Below, in pieces: positions 39,848-50,169 of a stretch of 64,000 nt of DNA. The notes under the pieces are model-generated. The model was not told the DNA's origin, did not search any database, and saw only the letters and a program-made list of their open reading frames with translations. A program made the translations under genes and the position numbers. The stretch comes from Bdellovibrionales bacterium (lineage in GTDB: Bacteria > Bdellovibrionota > Bdellovibrionia > Bdellovibrionales > UBA1609): assembly GCA_027317865.1 (NCBI GenBank), contig DAHVQG010000002.1:1-64000 (forward strand), read 5' to 3'. Numbering within the stretch: position 1 is the first letter of the stretch; every line of letters begins with the position of its first letter.

Positions 39848-40844
39848 ATTGGTCTTTTAGCACGTCGTTACGCGCTTGTGAAAGTGCCTCGGTGAATCCG
39901 CCGGCTGTGCGAAATGAACTTGATACCATGATCAGGCCGCGAAGAATGTTAGGGTCAATTCCCCATTCTCTATAAAAATCCATTGTTTTGACTCCGCCCC
40001 ATCGCGAAAGACTGGTGGTTTCAATGCGATTCTCGAAACCCGGTGATCGCAAACTGAAATTGAGCCGCGAAGCCAAGCGATCAATCAGTGCGTAACCGTC
40101 TATATCACTCCAATAGATTAAAGCTCGATCATTAATTCGATCTCCACGATCGGGCCATAGGACGCTCGCATGCACGGCTAAAGCCAAATCGTTTTGCCAT
40201 GCACTAACACTCTCTTCACTTAACGGTGCCGGATGAACAACTTCATTTAGCATCTCATCGGTCACATCGTCGTAAAACAATTGAGGGGCTGTTTGCACAC
40301 CGAAGCGCGTGCGATCGCCCAAACAGGCCAGCGCCAATGTTGGGACCGCAAGTGAATAAAGATTAACTCTATACCGAGGTGACTCACTCGACAGACCGGA
40401 AATGAAGTGCCGTGCGTGCGAAACGCGAATTTGCACTAAATTTTTATCGGCAAGCAATGACTCAAGCTTTTCACAATTGTACGTACGACCCAACAGCGGA
40501 TCGTCAACACTATAAAGTAAAAGTAAATCTTCGCGTCCGAGCGTCGAAACCCATTCGTCGGGAGCGTCTAAAACGCTCAATTCAAGCGGCATCAACTTAT
40601 AACCAAGTTTAGCCAACGGCAAAATTGCCATTTCGAAATATGGGTTCATTTTGTTGAAATAAAAAACCTTTTTCTTTAGCGGATAAAGTTGCGACACGCC
40701 TATAACAGCTTCGACAAGCGCGTGTCTTATCCCTTGATAGATGCGGGCTTCAGCGCCAAAGTCTACAGCATGACCCGCCAGCCTCTCGCTAACTGAATCG
40801 TTAATTCTTTGCCAATTCCCTGAAGCACGAAAATCGATGTGCAC
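39831..40844 (-). CDS. Degenerate class-V PLP aminotransferase / IscS-like protein
   Basis: Aligns by eye to IscS segments, but the catalytic motifs are altered (see findings). Confidence 0.55.
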   Translation of the reverse strand: MHIDFRASGNWQRINDSVSERLAGHAVDFGAEARIYQGIRHALVEAVIGVSQLYPLKKKVFYFNKMNPYFEMAILPLAKLGYKLMPLELSVLDAPDEWVSTLGREDLLLLYSVDDPLLGRTYNCEKLESLLADKNLVQIRVSHARHFISGLSSESPRYRVNLYSLAVPTLALACLGDRTRFGVQTAPQLFYDDVTDEMLNEVVHPAPLSEESVSAWQNDLALAVHASVLWPDRGDRINDRALIYWSDIDGYALIDRLASRLNFSLRSPGFENRIETTSLSRWGGVKTMDFYREWGIDPNILRGLIMVSSSFRTAGGFTEALSQARNDVLKDQYGSAD

Positions 40845-40861
40845 TCACGCACCGCCGGCCA

Positions 40862-41389
40862 CTAGATACCGGCCTTGTGACGTTCTTGGTCGTCCAAGCG
40901 ACTGGGTATTCCGCCTTTTAAATTGGCCCGATACGCGAGATGTTGAATATCGTAGGTAAACTCGCCGCCATTGAGCGCTGGAGTTTGCCATTCAGGCCCC
41001 ATGCGAATGGCATCAACGGGGCATGCCTCCTCGCAAAAGCCGCAAAAGACGCAACGTAAAATATCGATTTCATAACTGATCGGATATTTTTCAACTGTAG
41101 GATCATCATGCTCAGCCGCTTTAATTGTTATACATTGCGCCGGACAATTGGTCGCGCATAACATGCAAGCCGTGCAACGAACACTCCCATCTTTTTTTAC
41201 GGTGAGAACGTGATTGCCTTTAAAGCGCGGGCTGTACTCGTATTTTTCTTCGGGATAATTAAGAGTTTGCATTTTGTCCCGAACAAATAAATTCCGCAGC
41301 ATTTTTTTACACGTAAGACCCATCCCCGAAAAAATAGCAGGTAAATACCATTGTGATCGGGCCGAAGGACGCTTAACAACGTAACTCAC
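40862..41389 (-). CDS. nuoI: NADH-quinone oxidoreductase subunit I
   Basis: YPEEK, CTACMLCATNCP, CVFCGFCEEACP. Confidence 0.95.
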   Translation of the reverse strand: MSYVVKRPSARSQWYLPAIFSGMGLTCKKMLRNLFVRDKMQTLNYPEEKYEYSPRFKGNHVLTVKKDGSVRCTACMLCATNCPAQCITIKAAEHDDPTVEKYPISYEIDILRCVFCGFCEEACPVDAIRMGPEWQTPALNGGEFTYDIQHLAYRANLKGGIPSRLDDQERHKAGI

Positions 41390-42942
41390 AGTGCACCTCC
41401 TTCGTGAATAAGAAAATTCGTCTTCAAATGATGTGGTGGTACCGGTCGCAAATTCATGTCCAGTTCTTCACCCGACATTAAATGCACGGCTTCTTCTAGG
41501 GTGAGGGCACCAGCGACAATCGTCGTACCGCGTTTCACTTTTTGTTCAAGTCCGGCAAAGTTAGTGTACGTGCCATCCCTTTCAATAAACGTTTTCATCG
41601 GAATTTGCACCGTGTTCGTTGGTGATTGGTCCACCGCCGCGCTGTTGCCCGCTGAAAGCCAAATCAGGTTCGGTATCTGAGTAAACAAACGCAATTTTAT
41701 TTCGAGATCTGGAAATACCGAAAGATTTTCGGGGCCCGCCACAACAACATGCGTAAAGGCGCCGGAATTGATCTTGCTCTCGAAGTCGAGCCACTTCGTT
41801 TTAATCGCTAATTTTTCTAACCGTGTAGCTAACCCTTTGGTGTTGGGATTTCGGTCACCACGAAATAATAATCCGTCAAAGCCATTCATATCTTCAGGGT
41901 TATTCACCCAGTGGTAAATGTTACGAACACCGAGCCCAGAGGCAAAAAACTGAAAAAGCGCATCGTAATCTTCGTTCGTATATTGACCGGTGACGACAAG
42001 CGCTACTTTTTCTGCCCCGCCAACCCGAATGGCCTCACGAAGTTTTGCCCCTGTGTCTTTTGCCACTGCTCCCGCATCGAGTTGTTGCCAGTGGTCTTTT
42101 GAACCTACTTTAGCGGTCGTCAGGCGAGCGTCGAGATTCGTAAATTTATAAATATCGCGCCCCTTGTCGCACATCCAGTAGCCGTTAACTTTATCGTTTT
42201 GCACAGGCTTCACCCGCCATGTGCCCTCTTCATTGTAGTAAACTTTGACGTTGCAACCCGTCGAGCAACCCGTGCATATCGACCGCGCCTCTTTCAAATA
42301 CCAAACACGTTGGCGAAATCGAAAATCTTTCGAGGTCAATGCTCCGACCGGGCAAATGTCGATTGTATTGTGTGAATAATTATTGTTGAGCGGTTTATTG
42401 TGGAACGTACCAATTTCACTGCGATCCCCTCGGTTAAAAATTCCGAGCTCGTTGGTTTTGGTGACCTCTTCGGTAAAACGCACACATCTCGAACACAAAA
42501 TGCAACGTTCGGAATCAAGTACGACTGTCGGCCCAAGGTCGACCACTTTATGCTTTTTTTGTTTCGGTTCAGCCATCTCCGGGTCATATTGGCCGTAGCG
42601 CATATATTGCTCTTGAAGTCCGCACTCGCCTGCTTGGTCGCAAATCGGGCAATCGAGCGGATGATTAATTAAATGAAAATCCATCCCCCAGCGAACCGCT
42701 TCTTTTACGCCTTCAGATTTATTAGTAACGACCATTCCATCCGTAACCGTTGTGTTGCACGCAATTTGAAGTTTCTTTTGCCCTTGAATTTCTACAAAAC
42801 ACAAACGGCAAACGCCCGCGACGGACAAACCGGGATGCCAACAGTAGTGAGCAATTTCTTCGCCGGCCAGCTCGAAAGCTTGGATAACCGTTGTGCCGGG
42901 ATTAACTTCGATCGTTTTGCCGTTAATGGTGCATTTCAGCAT
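41386..42942 (-). CDS. nuoG: NADH-quinone oxidoreductase subunit G (short, 518 aa)
   Basis: CWH..L..AGVCRLC, HPLDCPICDQAGEC, CILCSRCVRF, CTGCSTGC (N7). Confidence 0.92.
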   Translation of the reverse strand: MLKCTINGKTIEVNPGTTVIQAFELAGEEIAHYCWHPGLSVAGVCRLCFVEIQGQKKLQIACNTTVTDGMVVTNKSEGVKEAVRWGMDFHLINHPLDCPICDQAGECGLQEQYMRYGQYDPEMAEPKQKKHKVVDLGPTVVLDSERCILCSRCVRFTEEVTKTNELGIFNRGDRSEIGTFHNKPLNNNYSHNTIDICPVGALTSKDFRFRQRVWYLKEARSICTGCSTGCNVKVYYNEEGTWRVKPVQNDKVNGYWMCDKGRDIYKFTNLDARLTTAKVGSKDHWQQLDAGAVAKDTGAKLREAIRVGGAEKVALVVTGQYTNEDYDALFQFFASGLGVRNIYHWVNNPEDMNGFDGLLFRGDRNPNTKGLATRLEKLAIKTKWLDFESKINSGAFTHVVVAGPENLSVFPDLEIKLRLFTQIPNLIWLSAGNSAAVDQSPTNTVQIPMKTFIERDGTYTNFAGLEQKVKRGTTIVAGALTLEEAVHLMSGEELDMNLRPVPPHHLKTNFLIHEGGAL

Positions 42943-44218
42943 AACTATATCCTTCTTTCTTCACTTTCGAACGGCCTTCACGAACGTAAAACTCAAATTC
43001 GTCGCGAAACTTCGAAACGAAACTTATTGTCGGCATGGCCGCCGCATCGGAAAGGGCGCAAATTGTCCGGCCCATCATATTTTTTGCCACTTTGTCGAGA
43101 AGCTGCACGTCTTGTAAACGCCCCTGGCCCAGCACGATACTTGTCACAATTTTATCAAGCCAGCCGGTACCTTCGCGGCAAGGGGTGCACTGCCCGCACG
43201 ATTCGTGATGATAAAAATGCAAGATTACTTTCATGAGATCGACCATGCAGTTCGAGTCGTCAATCACGATCACCGCACCTGAACCAAGCATTGAACCCAT
43301 TTGGGCCAAACACTCGTAATCCATTGTTGCGCGCATGGCCTCTTCAGCAGTCAACACAGGGGCCGATGAGCCCCCCGGAATTACGGCTTTGAGTTTGCGA
43401 CCCGGCTTCAAGCCACCGCACAAATCAAAAATCAAATCTTTAAGCGGATAACCAAGCGGCACCTCGTAATTTCCAGGCTTTATAACGTTGCCGCTAACTG
43501 AAAAAAGCTTAGTGCCTGCTGACTTTTCTGTACCGTTTTTGCGATAGGCTTCGGCGCCATCACGCACAATGTATGTCACGGCCGCAAGTGTTTCGACGTT
43601 ATTCACAATCGTCGGCTTACCCAAATAACCTTGTATCGCCGGGAAAGGCGGCTTCAGTTTCGGCTGCCCTTTGCGCCCTTCGAGCGACGAAATCATTCCG
43701 GTTTCTTCGCCGCAAATGTAAGCGCCGGCGCCCGAATAGACGTCCATATCGTGGTCAAAGTGGCTGCCTAAAATATTTTTACCTAAAAAACCGCCGTCAT
43801 AGGCTTCGCGAATGGCTGTCTCGATTGCGTGCCGGCTATCTGTATATTCACCGCGAATGTAAATGTACGATTTCTTCGACTGCACGGCAAAAGCCGATAT
43901 AATCATACCTTCTATGAGTTGATGCGGGGCCCGCTCCATCATCATGCGATCTTTGAAAGTACCCGGCTCACCTTCATCGGCGTTGCACAGTAAATATCGC
44001 GGTTCGCCGTTTTCTGGCAAAAAGCTCCATTTCATCCCAGTCGGAAAGCCCGCACCTCCGCGACCGCGAAGTCCAGAAGCCTTGACCGTCTCAATTATTT
44101 CTTTTGGCTTCATGGCTAGCGCTTTTTTCAATGTTGCGTAGCCGCCAAATTTTTTATACCCGGCCAAAGTTTTAAATTCGGGCTTATCGTAATGCTCAGT
44201 CAATAATTTTACTTCCAT
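42923..44218 (-). CDS. nuoF: NADH-quinone oxidoreductase subunit F
   Basis: GRGGAGFPTGMKW, NADEGEPGTFKDR, YICGEET, ESCGQCTPCREG. Confidence 0.97.
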   Translation of the reverse strand: MEVKLLTEHYDKPEFKTLAGYKKFGGYATLKKALAMKPKEIIETVKASGLRGRGGAGFPTGMKWSFLPENGEPRYLLCNADEGEPGTFKDRMMMERAPHQLIEGMIISAFAVQSKKSYIYIRGEYTDSRHAIETAIREAYDGGFLGKNILGSHFDHDMDVYSGAGAYICGEETGMISSLEGRKGQPKLKPPFPAIQGYLGKPTIVNNVETLAAVTYIVRDGAEAYRKNGTEKSAGTKLFSVSGNVIKPGNYEVPLGYPLKDLIFDLCGGLKPGRKLKAVIPGGSSAPVLTAEEAMRATMDYECLAQMGSMLGSGAVIVIDDSNCMVDLMKVILHFYHHESCGQCTPCREGTGWLDKIVTSIVLGQGRLQDVQLLDKVAKNMMGRTICALSDAAAMPTISFVSKFRDEFEFYVREGRSKVKKEGYSYAEMHH

Positions 44219-44695
44219 TTATTTCATCCCGCGCAAAATCTCGATGGCCTTATCGTCGGTGAGATCTTCGTAGTATTGATCATTCACCTGCATCATCGGA
44301 GCTTTATCGCAAGCTCCAAGACATTCCACACGTGAGATCGTAAATCGGCCGTCTTTCGTAATTTCGCCGTCTTTGACGCCAAATTCTTTGCACAATCGAT
44401 CGGCAAGTTCACGGCCGCCGTTCATCGCGCATGAAATGTTGCAACAAACTTGCACATGATGACGCCCAACCGGCTCTTTGTTGAACATCGTGTAGAATCT
44501 CAATACTTCTTCGATCTCCGACTCTGGCAAATCCATTAAGTGACTCAAATAAGTCACCGACTCCGGGCTAACCCACCCGTTATTTTCTTTTTGCACGCGA
44601 TAAAGCGCCGGGATAATAGCGGAGTGACGATCTTCATAGCGATTGAGTTCCCGCTTCACAAACGCCACACCTTCTTCTGAAAGTTGAAATGTCAT
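44219..44695 (-). CDS. nuoE: NADH-quinone oxidoreductase subunit E
   Basis: [22 protein letters not shown]; start set at ATG 44695 (ATGA overlap with the nuoCD stop). Confidence 0.95.
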   Translation of the reverse strand: MTFQLSEEGVAFVKRELNRYEDRHSAIIPALYRVQKENNGWVSPESVTYLSHLMDLPESEIEEVLRFYTMFNKEPVGRHHVQVCCNISCAMNGGRELADRLCKEFGVKDGEITKDGRFTISRVECLGACDKAPMMQVNDQYYEDLTDDKAIEILRGMK

Positions 44696-46371
44696 CGGTC
44701 CAGCTCTCCTGCAATCAAATTCATCGTTCCTAAAATTGTAATTACGTCCGCGACAAGCCCACCTTGAACCTGTTTGGGGAAGGATTGATAAATCGCAAAA
44801 CACGGCGGACGAACTTTCAAGCGATAGGGGCAACCGCTGCCATCGCTTACCAAATAAAATCCCAGCTCACCGTTAGCCGCTTCGGTCGCATCGTAAACTT
44901 CACCTTTGGGCGGACGAAGTCCCTTCATAATAAGCATGAAGTGATTCATAAGCCCTTCGATATTTCCGTAAACGTCTTTTTTCTCTGGGAGCACAATCGA
45001 ACGATCACGAATCGTGTAATCACCGCTCGGCACATTTTTGCAAATTTGACGAATGATCTTGATCGATTGACGCATCTCTTCGACCCGTACTAAATACCGG
45101 TCGTAACAGTCGCCAGTTGTACCCACTGGAATATCAAAATCGAGTTGATCATAACCATAATATGGCTGCGCTTTTCTGAGATCGAGGCCGACTCCGCAGG
45201 CGCGAAGAAGCGGCCCCGTATAGCCCCACATAATGGCTTCGTCGGGTTTAATCGCGCCGACATCTTGCATGCGCTTCATCCAAATTTTGTTGTGTGTGAG
45301 CATGCGTTCGAGTTCGTCAACTCCGACCGACATTTCATCGCAAAACTTCAAAACATCGTTGAACCATCCTTGCGGAGCATCTTGTGCCATCCCGCCGACA
45401 CGGGTGAGTGCCACAGTTAACCGCGCTCCACACAACTTTTCGAATAAGTTGTAAACAAGCTCACGGTATTGAAAAAGATGAAAAAATCCGGTGATCGCAC
45501 CGAGGTCCACGGCATTCGCACCGATACACACGATGTGATCGATGATGCGCGAAAGTTCGCACAAAATCACCCGCATGGCCTGCGCTTTCGGAGGAATTTC
45601 AACTCCCAAAAGTTTTTCGACCGTTTTACAGTAGCCCACATTATTCATCGGCGCCGAACAATAATTGAGCCGGTCCGTATAGGGGATCACTTGATTGTAC
45701 GGATGCGTCTCGGCCATTTTTTCAAAACAGCGATGAAGATATCCCAATTCAACATTGGCCCGCACAATGCGCTCGCCATCAAGTTCAGCCATCACGCGAA
45801 GTGTTCCATGTGTCGCCGGGTGCGACGGCCCTATGTTCAGCGGCAATAAATCTTTATTGGGATCGGGCTTATAATTCGGATCATCCGGAAAATGTATCGG
45901 CAACGTATCAGTACAGTGTTGTTGTTGATTGGCATCGTAGTCTTTTCTTAGCGGCCAGCCGACAAATTGGTGATGGCACAAAATACGCGTCAGATACGGA
46001 TGCCCGTCAAACTGAATGCCGAACATGTCGTAAACTTCTCGTTCAAACCAATTAGCCGACTCCCAAACGGGAACGGCGGAATCAATTGTTTCATGTTCGC
46101 CAAGCGCGCATTTGATTCTTAAACGCACAAGTGCCGTTGATGAAAAAAGTTCGTAAACCACTTCGAACCGCCTTGAACGCTCGGGATAATCCGCGGCGGT
46201 GATGTGCATAAGAAAATCAAATTTGCGTGTATCTTTTAAATGGCGCAAGACCGGTAAAATCGATTCTTTTGGAACAGACAAAACATTGTCGCCTAAAAGC
46301 GTTTCGTATTTAAAATCGCCATTCGGAAAGCGTGCCGAAATATCCGACTGTAATGCTTCACTGGCTGTCAT
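44692..46371 (-). CDS. nuoCD: Fused NADH-quinone oxidoreductase subunit C/D
   Basis: [12 protein letters not shown]...PLRKDY (C); [26 protein letters not shown] (D). Confidence 0.96.
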   Translation of the reverse strand: MTASEALQSDISARFPNGDFKYETLLGDNVLSVPKESILPVLRHLKDTRKFDFLMHITAADYPERSRRFEVVYELFSSTALVRLRIKCALGEHETIDSAVPVWESANWFEREVYDMFGIQFDGHPYLTRILCHHQFVGWPLRKDYDANQQQHCTDTLPIHFPDDPNYKPDPNKDLLPLNIGPSHPATHGTLRVMAELDGERIVRANVELGYLHRCFEKMAETHPYNQVIPYTDRLNYCSAPMNNVGYCKTVEKLLGVEIPPKAQAMRVILCELSRIIDHIVCIGANAVDLGAITGFFHLFQYRELVYNLFEKLCGARLTVALTRVGGMAQDAPQGWFNDVLKFCDEMSVGVDELERMLTHNKIWMKRMQDVGAIKPDEAIMWGYTGPLLRACGVGLDLRKAQPYYGYDQLDFDIPVGTTGDCYDRYLVRVEEMRQSIKIIRQICKNVPSGDYTIRDRSIVLPEKKDVYGNIEGLMNHFMLIMKGLRPPKGEVYDATEAANGELGFYLVSDGSGCPYRLKVRPPCFAIYQSFPKQVQGGLVADVITILGTMNLIAGELDR

Positions 46372-46390
46372 CGCCTAACTCCATTCACCG

Positions 46391-46906
46391 TTATCGCCAG
46401 ACACCGGGCTTCCAATTGTCCTTCCAAGGTCTGGGCGCGTGATCTTCAATCATTTTTTGAATTGTCATGATGCCATCCAAAACGGCTTCTGGCGTAGGAG
46501 GGCAACCGGGTACATAAACATCGACCGGAATCACTCGGTCGACACCTTGAAGAACATGATACGAACGATAAAACCCACCGCTGCTGGCACAGGCGCCCAT
46601 TGATAAAACAAATTTTGGTTCAAGCATTTGCTGGTAAACGCGCAAAATCACCGGCGCCATTTTTTCAGTGATTGTACCGGCCACAATAAGCAAGTCCGAT
46701 TGGCGCGGCGAAAACCGGACCACTTCAGCGCCAAATCTTGACAGATCATACTTGGGCCCCATCACCGACATGAGTTCAATCCCACAGCAAGCTGTACCGT
46801 AAGGCATCGGCCACAATGAGTTCTTTTGGCCCCACGCCGCTATTTTTTCTAATGTTGTCGTGGTACCGATTTCTTGGGGGAGTTCGGCAACTTCCGTCGC
46901 TGACAT
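46391..46906 (-). CDS. nuoB: NADH-quinone oxidoreductase subunit B
   Basis: [31 protein letters not shown]. Confidence 0.97.
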   Translation of the reverse strand: MSATEVAELPQEIGTTTTLEKIAAWGQKNSLWPMPYGTACCGIELMSVMGPKYDLSRFGAEVVRFSPRQSDLLIVAGTITEKMAPVILRVYQQMLEPKFVLSMGACASSGGFYRSYHVLQGVDRVIPVDVYVPGCPPTPEAVLDGIMTIQKMIEDHAPRPWKDNWKPGVWR

Positions 46907-47148
46907 AATCGTAACTCCTTAGTCGACAAATTTTCTCTGGCTAACGCTTAAACTCTCTTTATTATTTAGTTTTCATCAAACATTGAAGATAGCTTCGTTG
47001 TGGTGCAGCATAAGACAAAATTTGTGATCCGAAAAGTAAACATCATGCAGGCCGACTATATGCCACATCTTTAGTCCAGATTTAACTCGCTAAAAGACTT
47101 AATTTTGTTCAGTTTGCCAAATTTTTCATAAGCTTTTTGCTCAAAGTT

Positions 47149-47172
47149 CAAAAGCCAAAGGACTGGCTTTTG
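47149..47172 (+). promoter_or_regulatory. Hairpin with AAGGAC loop (putative CsrA site) in the S8 protease leader
   Basis: CAAAAGCCA-AAGGAC-TGGCTTTTG, a perfect 9-bp stem ending 23 nt before the ATG. Confidence 0.45.
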
Positions 47173-47195
47173 CGTCAGCAAAATGGGGGGCATGG

Positions 47196-48839
47196 ATGGG
47201 GTTCAAATTCAAGTCACGTACAGGTTTTGTCGTAGGTCTGGGTGTCACGATCGGGGTGGGACTTTTTGCCACCCACGCACGGGCAGCGACATCATCAAAT
47301 AATTTAAAGGCAACACCGGGCGACTATCTCGTTGAAATGGTGCCGAATTCGGCATCCGTCGAAGATTTTTCGATGATGATGCCGACGCGTTCCAAAATCG
47401 AACCGCTCGGGTTACGTGGTTGGTATCACATTAAAGTGCCGGCACAAGCCGCGAAAGAAGGTTACAGCGTTGAAGCTCTAAGCCACTTGCCCGGCGTGCT
47501 TTACGTTCAACCTAACTATAAAATTCATCTGCTCGGGAACCCAAGCCTTGATAAACTACGCGCAGAAGTTCAACAAAAGCTTCTCGCTTGGCGTGAGCGC
47601 TCACAAAACGCCGGTGGCCGCAGCAATCCTTGCCCAATCCCCATTCCGGGGATTTGCAATCCCAACGGTGGCGGCGGAAATAATCCCGGTGGCGGCGGCG
47701 GTCTCCCCGGTGGTGGCACCACGCCGACAACAAAACCGCCGATTCCGGCACCTGTTTCACCTACGTATGCCGGTCCCGATCCACTTTTTAAAAAGCAATG
47801 GGGCATGATTACAGTTGGTGTCAAAGATCACCTAATCCAAAACGCGAAACCGGTTGTAGTTGCCGTTCTCGACACAGGCATCGACTACACCCATCCCGAC
47901 TTAGTCTCAAATCTTTGGCGTAACCCAGGTGAAATGGGCACCGACGCCTCTGGACGCAATAAAGCGACGAATCAAATTGACGACGACAACAACGGTTACG
48001 TTGATGACGTAATTGGTTGGGATTTTGTCGATAACGACAATAAACCTTACGACAAAACAACACCCGCCATCCAGTTGATACTCGGCCAAGGCGGCAACCC
48101 CGGTCACGGAACTCATTGTTCGGGTAACGTGGGCGCTCGCGGCGATAACGGCATTGGTATTTCGGGAGCCGACCCAACCGCCAAGATCATGGCGCTTCGA
48201 TTTATCAGCAAAAAAGGCGAAGGAACAACGGCCAATGCGGTTAAAGCTATAATGTACGCCGTCAATAACGGTGCGCAGGTTATGTCTAATTCATGGGGAT
48301 CAAACGGCGACGATCCGAAAGACCCAGCCGGCAATAAAGCACTGCATGATGCCATAAAATATGCACAACAACGAGGCGTATTGTTTGTTGCGGCCGCCGG
48401 CAACGGGAACGCACAAGGAGTTGGTTTTGACAACGACACTTCGGCAACTCCTGCCGTACCGGCTTCGTATCCTTACAACATTATCATCAGTGTTGCGGCT
48501 TTAGATCAAAACGGTAATCTCGCCAGCTTTTCAAACTGGGGCAAGAAATCCGTCGATATCGGAGCACCTGGGGTGAAGATTTTCTCCACAATTCCAGGAG
48601 GTAAATACTCAGACACAATATTCAATTTTGGCGGCGGAATGGTTGCTTACTGGGATGGTACCTCCATGGCCACACCCCACGTTGCCGGAGCCGCAGCATT
48701 GTACTTAGCGACTCACCCAAATGCCACGTGGCAAGAGGTTAAGGCCGCTATTTTAAATTCAGCCACGCCCGTTGCGTCTCTCGCTGATAAAGTTGTTTCT
48801 GGCGGCGAACTCAACGTACAAAGAATGTTACAAGAATAG
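47196..48839 (+). CDS. Secreted subtilisin-family (S8) serine protease
   Basis: Signal + prodomain; VLDTG, GHGTH, AAAGN, GTSMATPHVAG. Confidence 0.96.
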   Translation: MGFKFKSRTGFVVGLGVTIGVGLFATHARAATSSNNLKATPGDYLVEMVPNSASVEDFSMMMPTRSKIEPLGLRGWYHIKVPAQAAKEGYSVEALSHLPGVLYVQPNYKIHLLGNPSLDKLRAEVQQKLLAWRERSQNAGGRSNPCPIPIPGICNPNGGGGNNPGGGGGLPGGGTTPTTKPPIPAPVSPTYAGPDPLFKKQWGMITVGVKDHLIQNAKPVVVAVLDTGIDYTHPDLVSNLWRNPGEMGTDASGRNKATNQIDDDNNGYVDDVIGWDFVDNDNKPYDKTTPAIQLILGQGGNPGHGTHCSGNVGARGDNGIGISGADPTAKIMALRFISKKGEGTTANAVKAIMYAVNNGAQVMSNSWGSNGDDPKDPAGNKALHDAIKYAQQRGVLFVAAAGNGNAQGVGFDNDTSATPAVPASYPYNIIISVAALDQNGNLASFSNWGKKSVDIGAPGVKIFSTIPGGKYSDTIFNFGGGMVAYWDGTSMATPHVAGAAALYLATHPNATWQEVKAAILNSATPVASLADKVVSGGELNVQRMLQE

Positions 48840-48858
48840 GGTTCGTAATTTGCCATAC

Positions 48859-48885
48859 GCCGCCGGTACTTTTGGTATCGGCGGC
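48859..48885 (+). terminator. GC-rich hairpin after the S8 protease gene
   Basis: GCCGCCGGTAC-TTTTG-GTATCGGCGGC; no strong U tract. Confidence 0.4.
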
Positions 48886-48985
48886 AAACTGGCAGCGAAC
48901 CGGGTTCATTTACTCCCTCAAGATCTTTTTACACCCAACAGTTCAACAGTATTCGCCTTGAAACTATGTTAATACTGTTGGCCTA

Positions 48986-50137
48986 ATGACTCGCGAATAT
49001 AAATTTTATATTTGTTTCGTTCTCGCGGGCACCCTGATTTTTGGATCTGTAACTCACGCAATTAGCTCAAATCCCGAAACAGAATCTTGCCAAGAATTTA
49101 AATTGCAGTCCGTTGCCCTCCACAATGATCAGGTACGCGCCGAACAACTTGCGCAAAATCAGCGTTTTCAAATGATGCGTGCAAACGTTTTAAATTTATG
49201 TCACGAGTCTTTTTGGGCGAATCGCGAGCAAATTGTTCGCTCGACCTGGAGATACGCGCTCCACAGTCCTAACTTTATCGACGAAATCATCAACCGCTTT
49301 GAACATGGTGGAGTGTCCGATCAAGTCAGCAACATTTTAAACTATCCAAGATTGCCGGAAATATTACACGAATGTTATCCCGGCAACGGTTCAACCGCGA
49401 GGTGGCATCGTTTTGAATTTAAAAAACAACTCGCCGGCGACGATAAATTGGCGTTTCAATTAGGCACAGTGGACGGTTTGGTAGCCATGTACGTCGGATA
49501 TCGAGCGGTCAAAGGGCTGAGCATGTTCACAAAGCTCGCCGACGCTTTTAAAATCCCCAAATTAGCCAGGTCGGTACTTGAGGGGCTTGCCATTTTCGGC
49601 GGCATAACAGCTTATCAAAAATGGCGCACAGTTAAAGCAAACGAAAATCGAAATTTAAGAAAAATTCGCGCAAATCGTACCCGCGCGGGATTTGACCGAA
49701 ATTCAATCGCCGACGAGCCCACGGCGACAATGATCATTAACGCTCTTACCGCAAATTTGACGGAGCAAAAAATCGTCAGCGTACAAAATTTTGTAAATCG
49801 GTTGAACCAACAATATGGCGGGATTCAGACAACCATACCCGACACCGGTAAAACTGATCCTTTTCAATTCAATAACATTTCGATGCAGATTAATTCCTAC
49901 AAATCAAAGTGTGCATCGAGTATCAAAACATATTCAGCGAATGCTACACCACTGAACCTACAATATATTCAAATGTTTTGCGGAAATTATCTCGATGCGA
50001 TTGAAAACTATTTAAGCCGGCTCAAATCGCCAGCTGTTCGTTGCCTCAATGCGAATAATGGAGTGATTTACCGCGCCCGTTTTTCTCTGCGGCGAATACT
50101 CGCGCAAATTCCGACTCAAGCTATTGCGCAAGATTAG
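48986..50137 (+). CDS. Hypothetical exported/membrane protein
   Basis: 383-aa ORF with a signal peptide, several Cys and two internal hydrophobic segments. Confidence 0.65.
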   Translation: MTREYKFYICFVLAGTLIFGSVTHAISSNPETESCQEFKLQSVALHNDQVRAEQLAQNQRFQMMRANVLNLCHESFWANREQIVRSTWRYALHSPNFIDEIINRFEHGGVSDQVSNILNYPRLPEILHECYPGNGSTARWHRFEFKKQLAGDDKLAFQLGTVDGLVAMYVGYRAVKGLSMFTKLADAFKIPKLARSVLEGLAIFGGITAYQKWRTVKANENRNLRKIRANRTRAGFDRNSIADEPTATMIINALTANLTEQKIVSVQNFVNRLNQQYGGIQTTIPDTGKTDPFQFNNISMQINSYKSKCASSIKTYSANATPLNLQYIQMFCGNYLDAIENYLSRLKSPAVRCLNANNGVIYRARFSLRRILAQIPTQAIAQD

Positions 50138-50169
50138 TAGTATCGCGGCCGTATTATACCCAGAGCGCT

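Noticed and set aside
42673-43236. 187-aa plus-strand ORF
   Set aside because: Antisense to nuoG/nuoF
48883-48910. GGCAAAC motif suggestive of a c-di-GMP-I riboswitch
   Set aside because: Lacks the following GAAA tetraloop stem and CGCAAA element; it is the 3' arm of the hairpin after the protease gene
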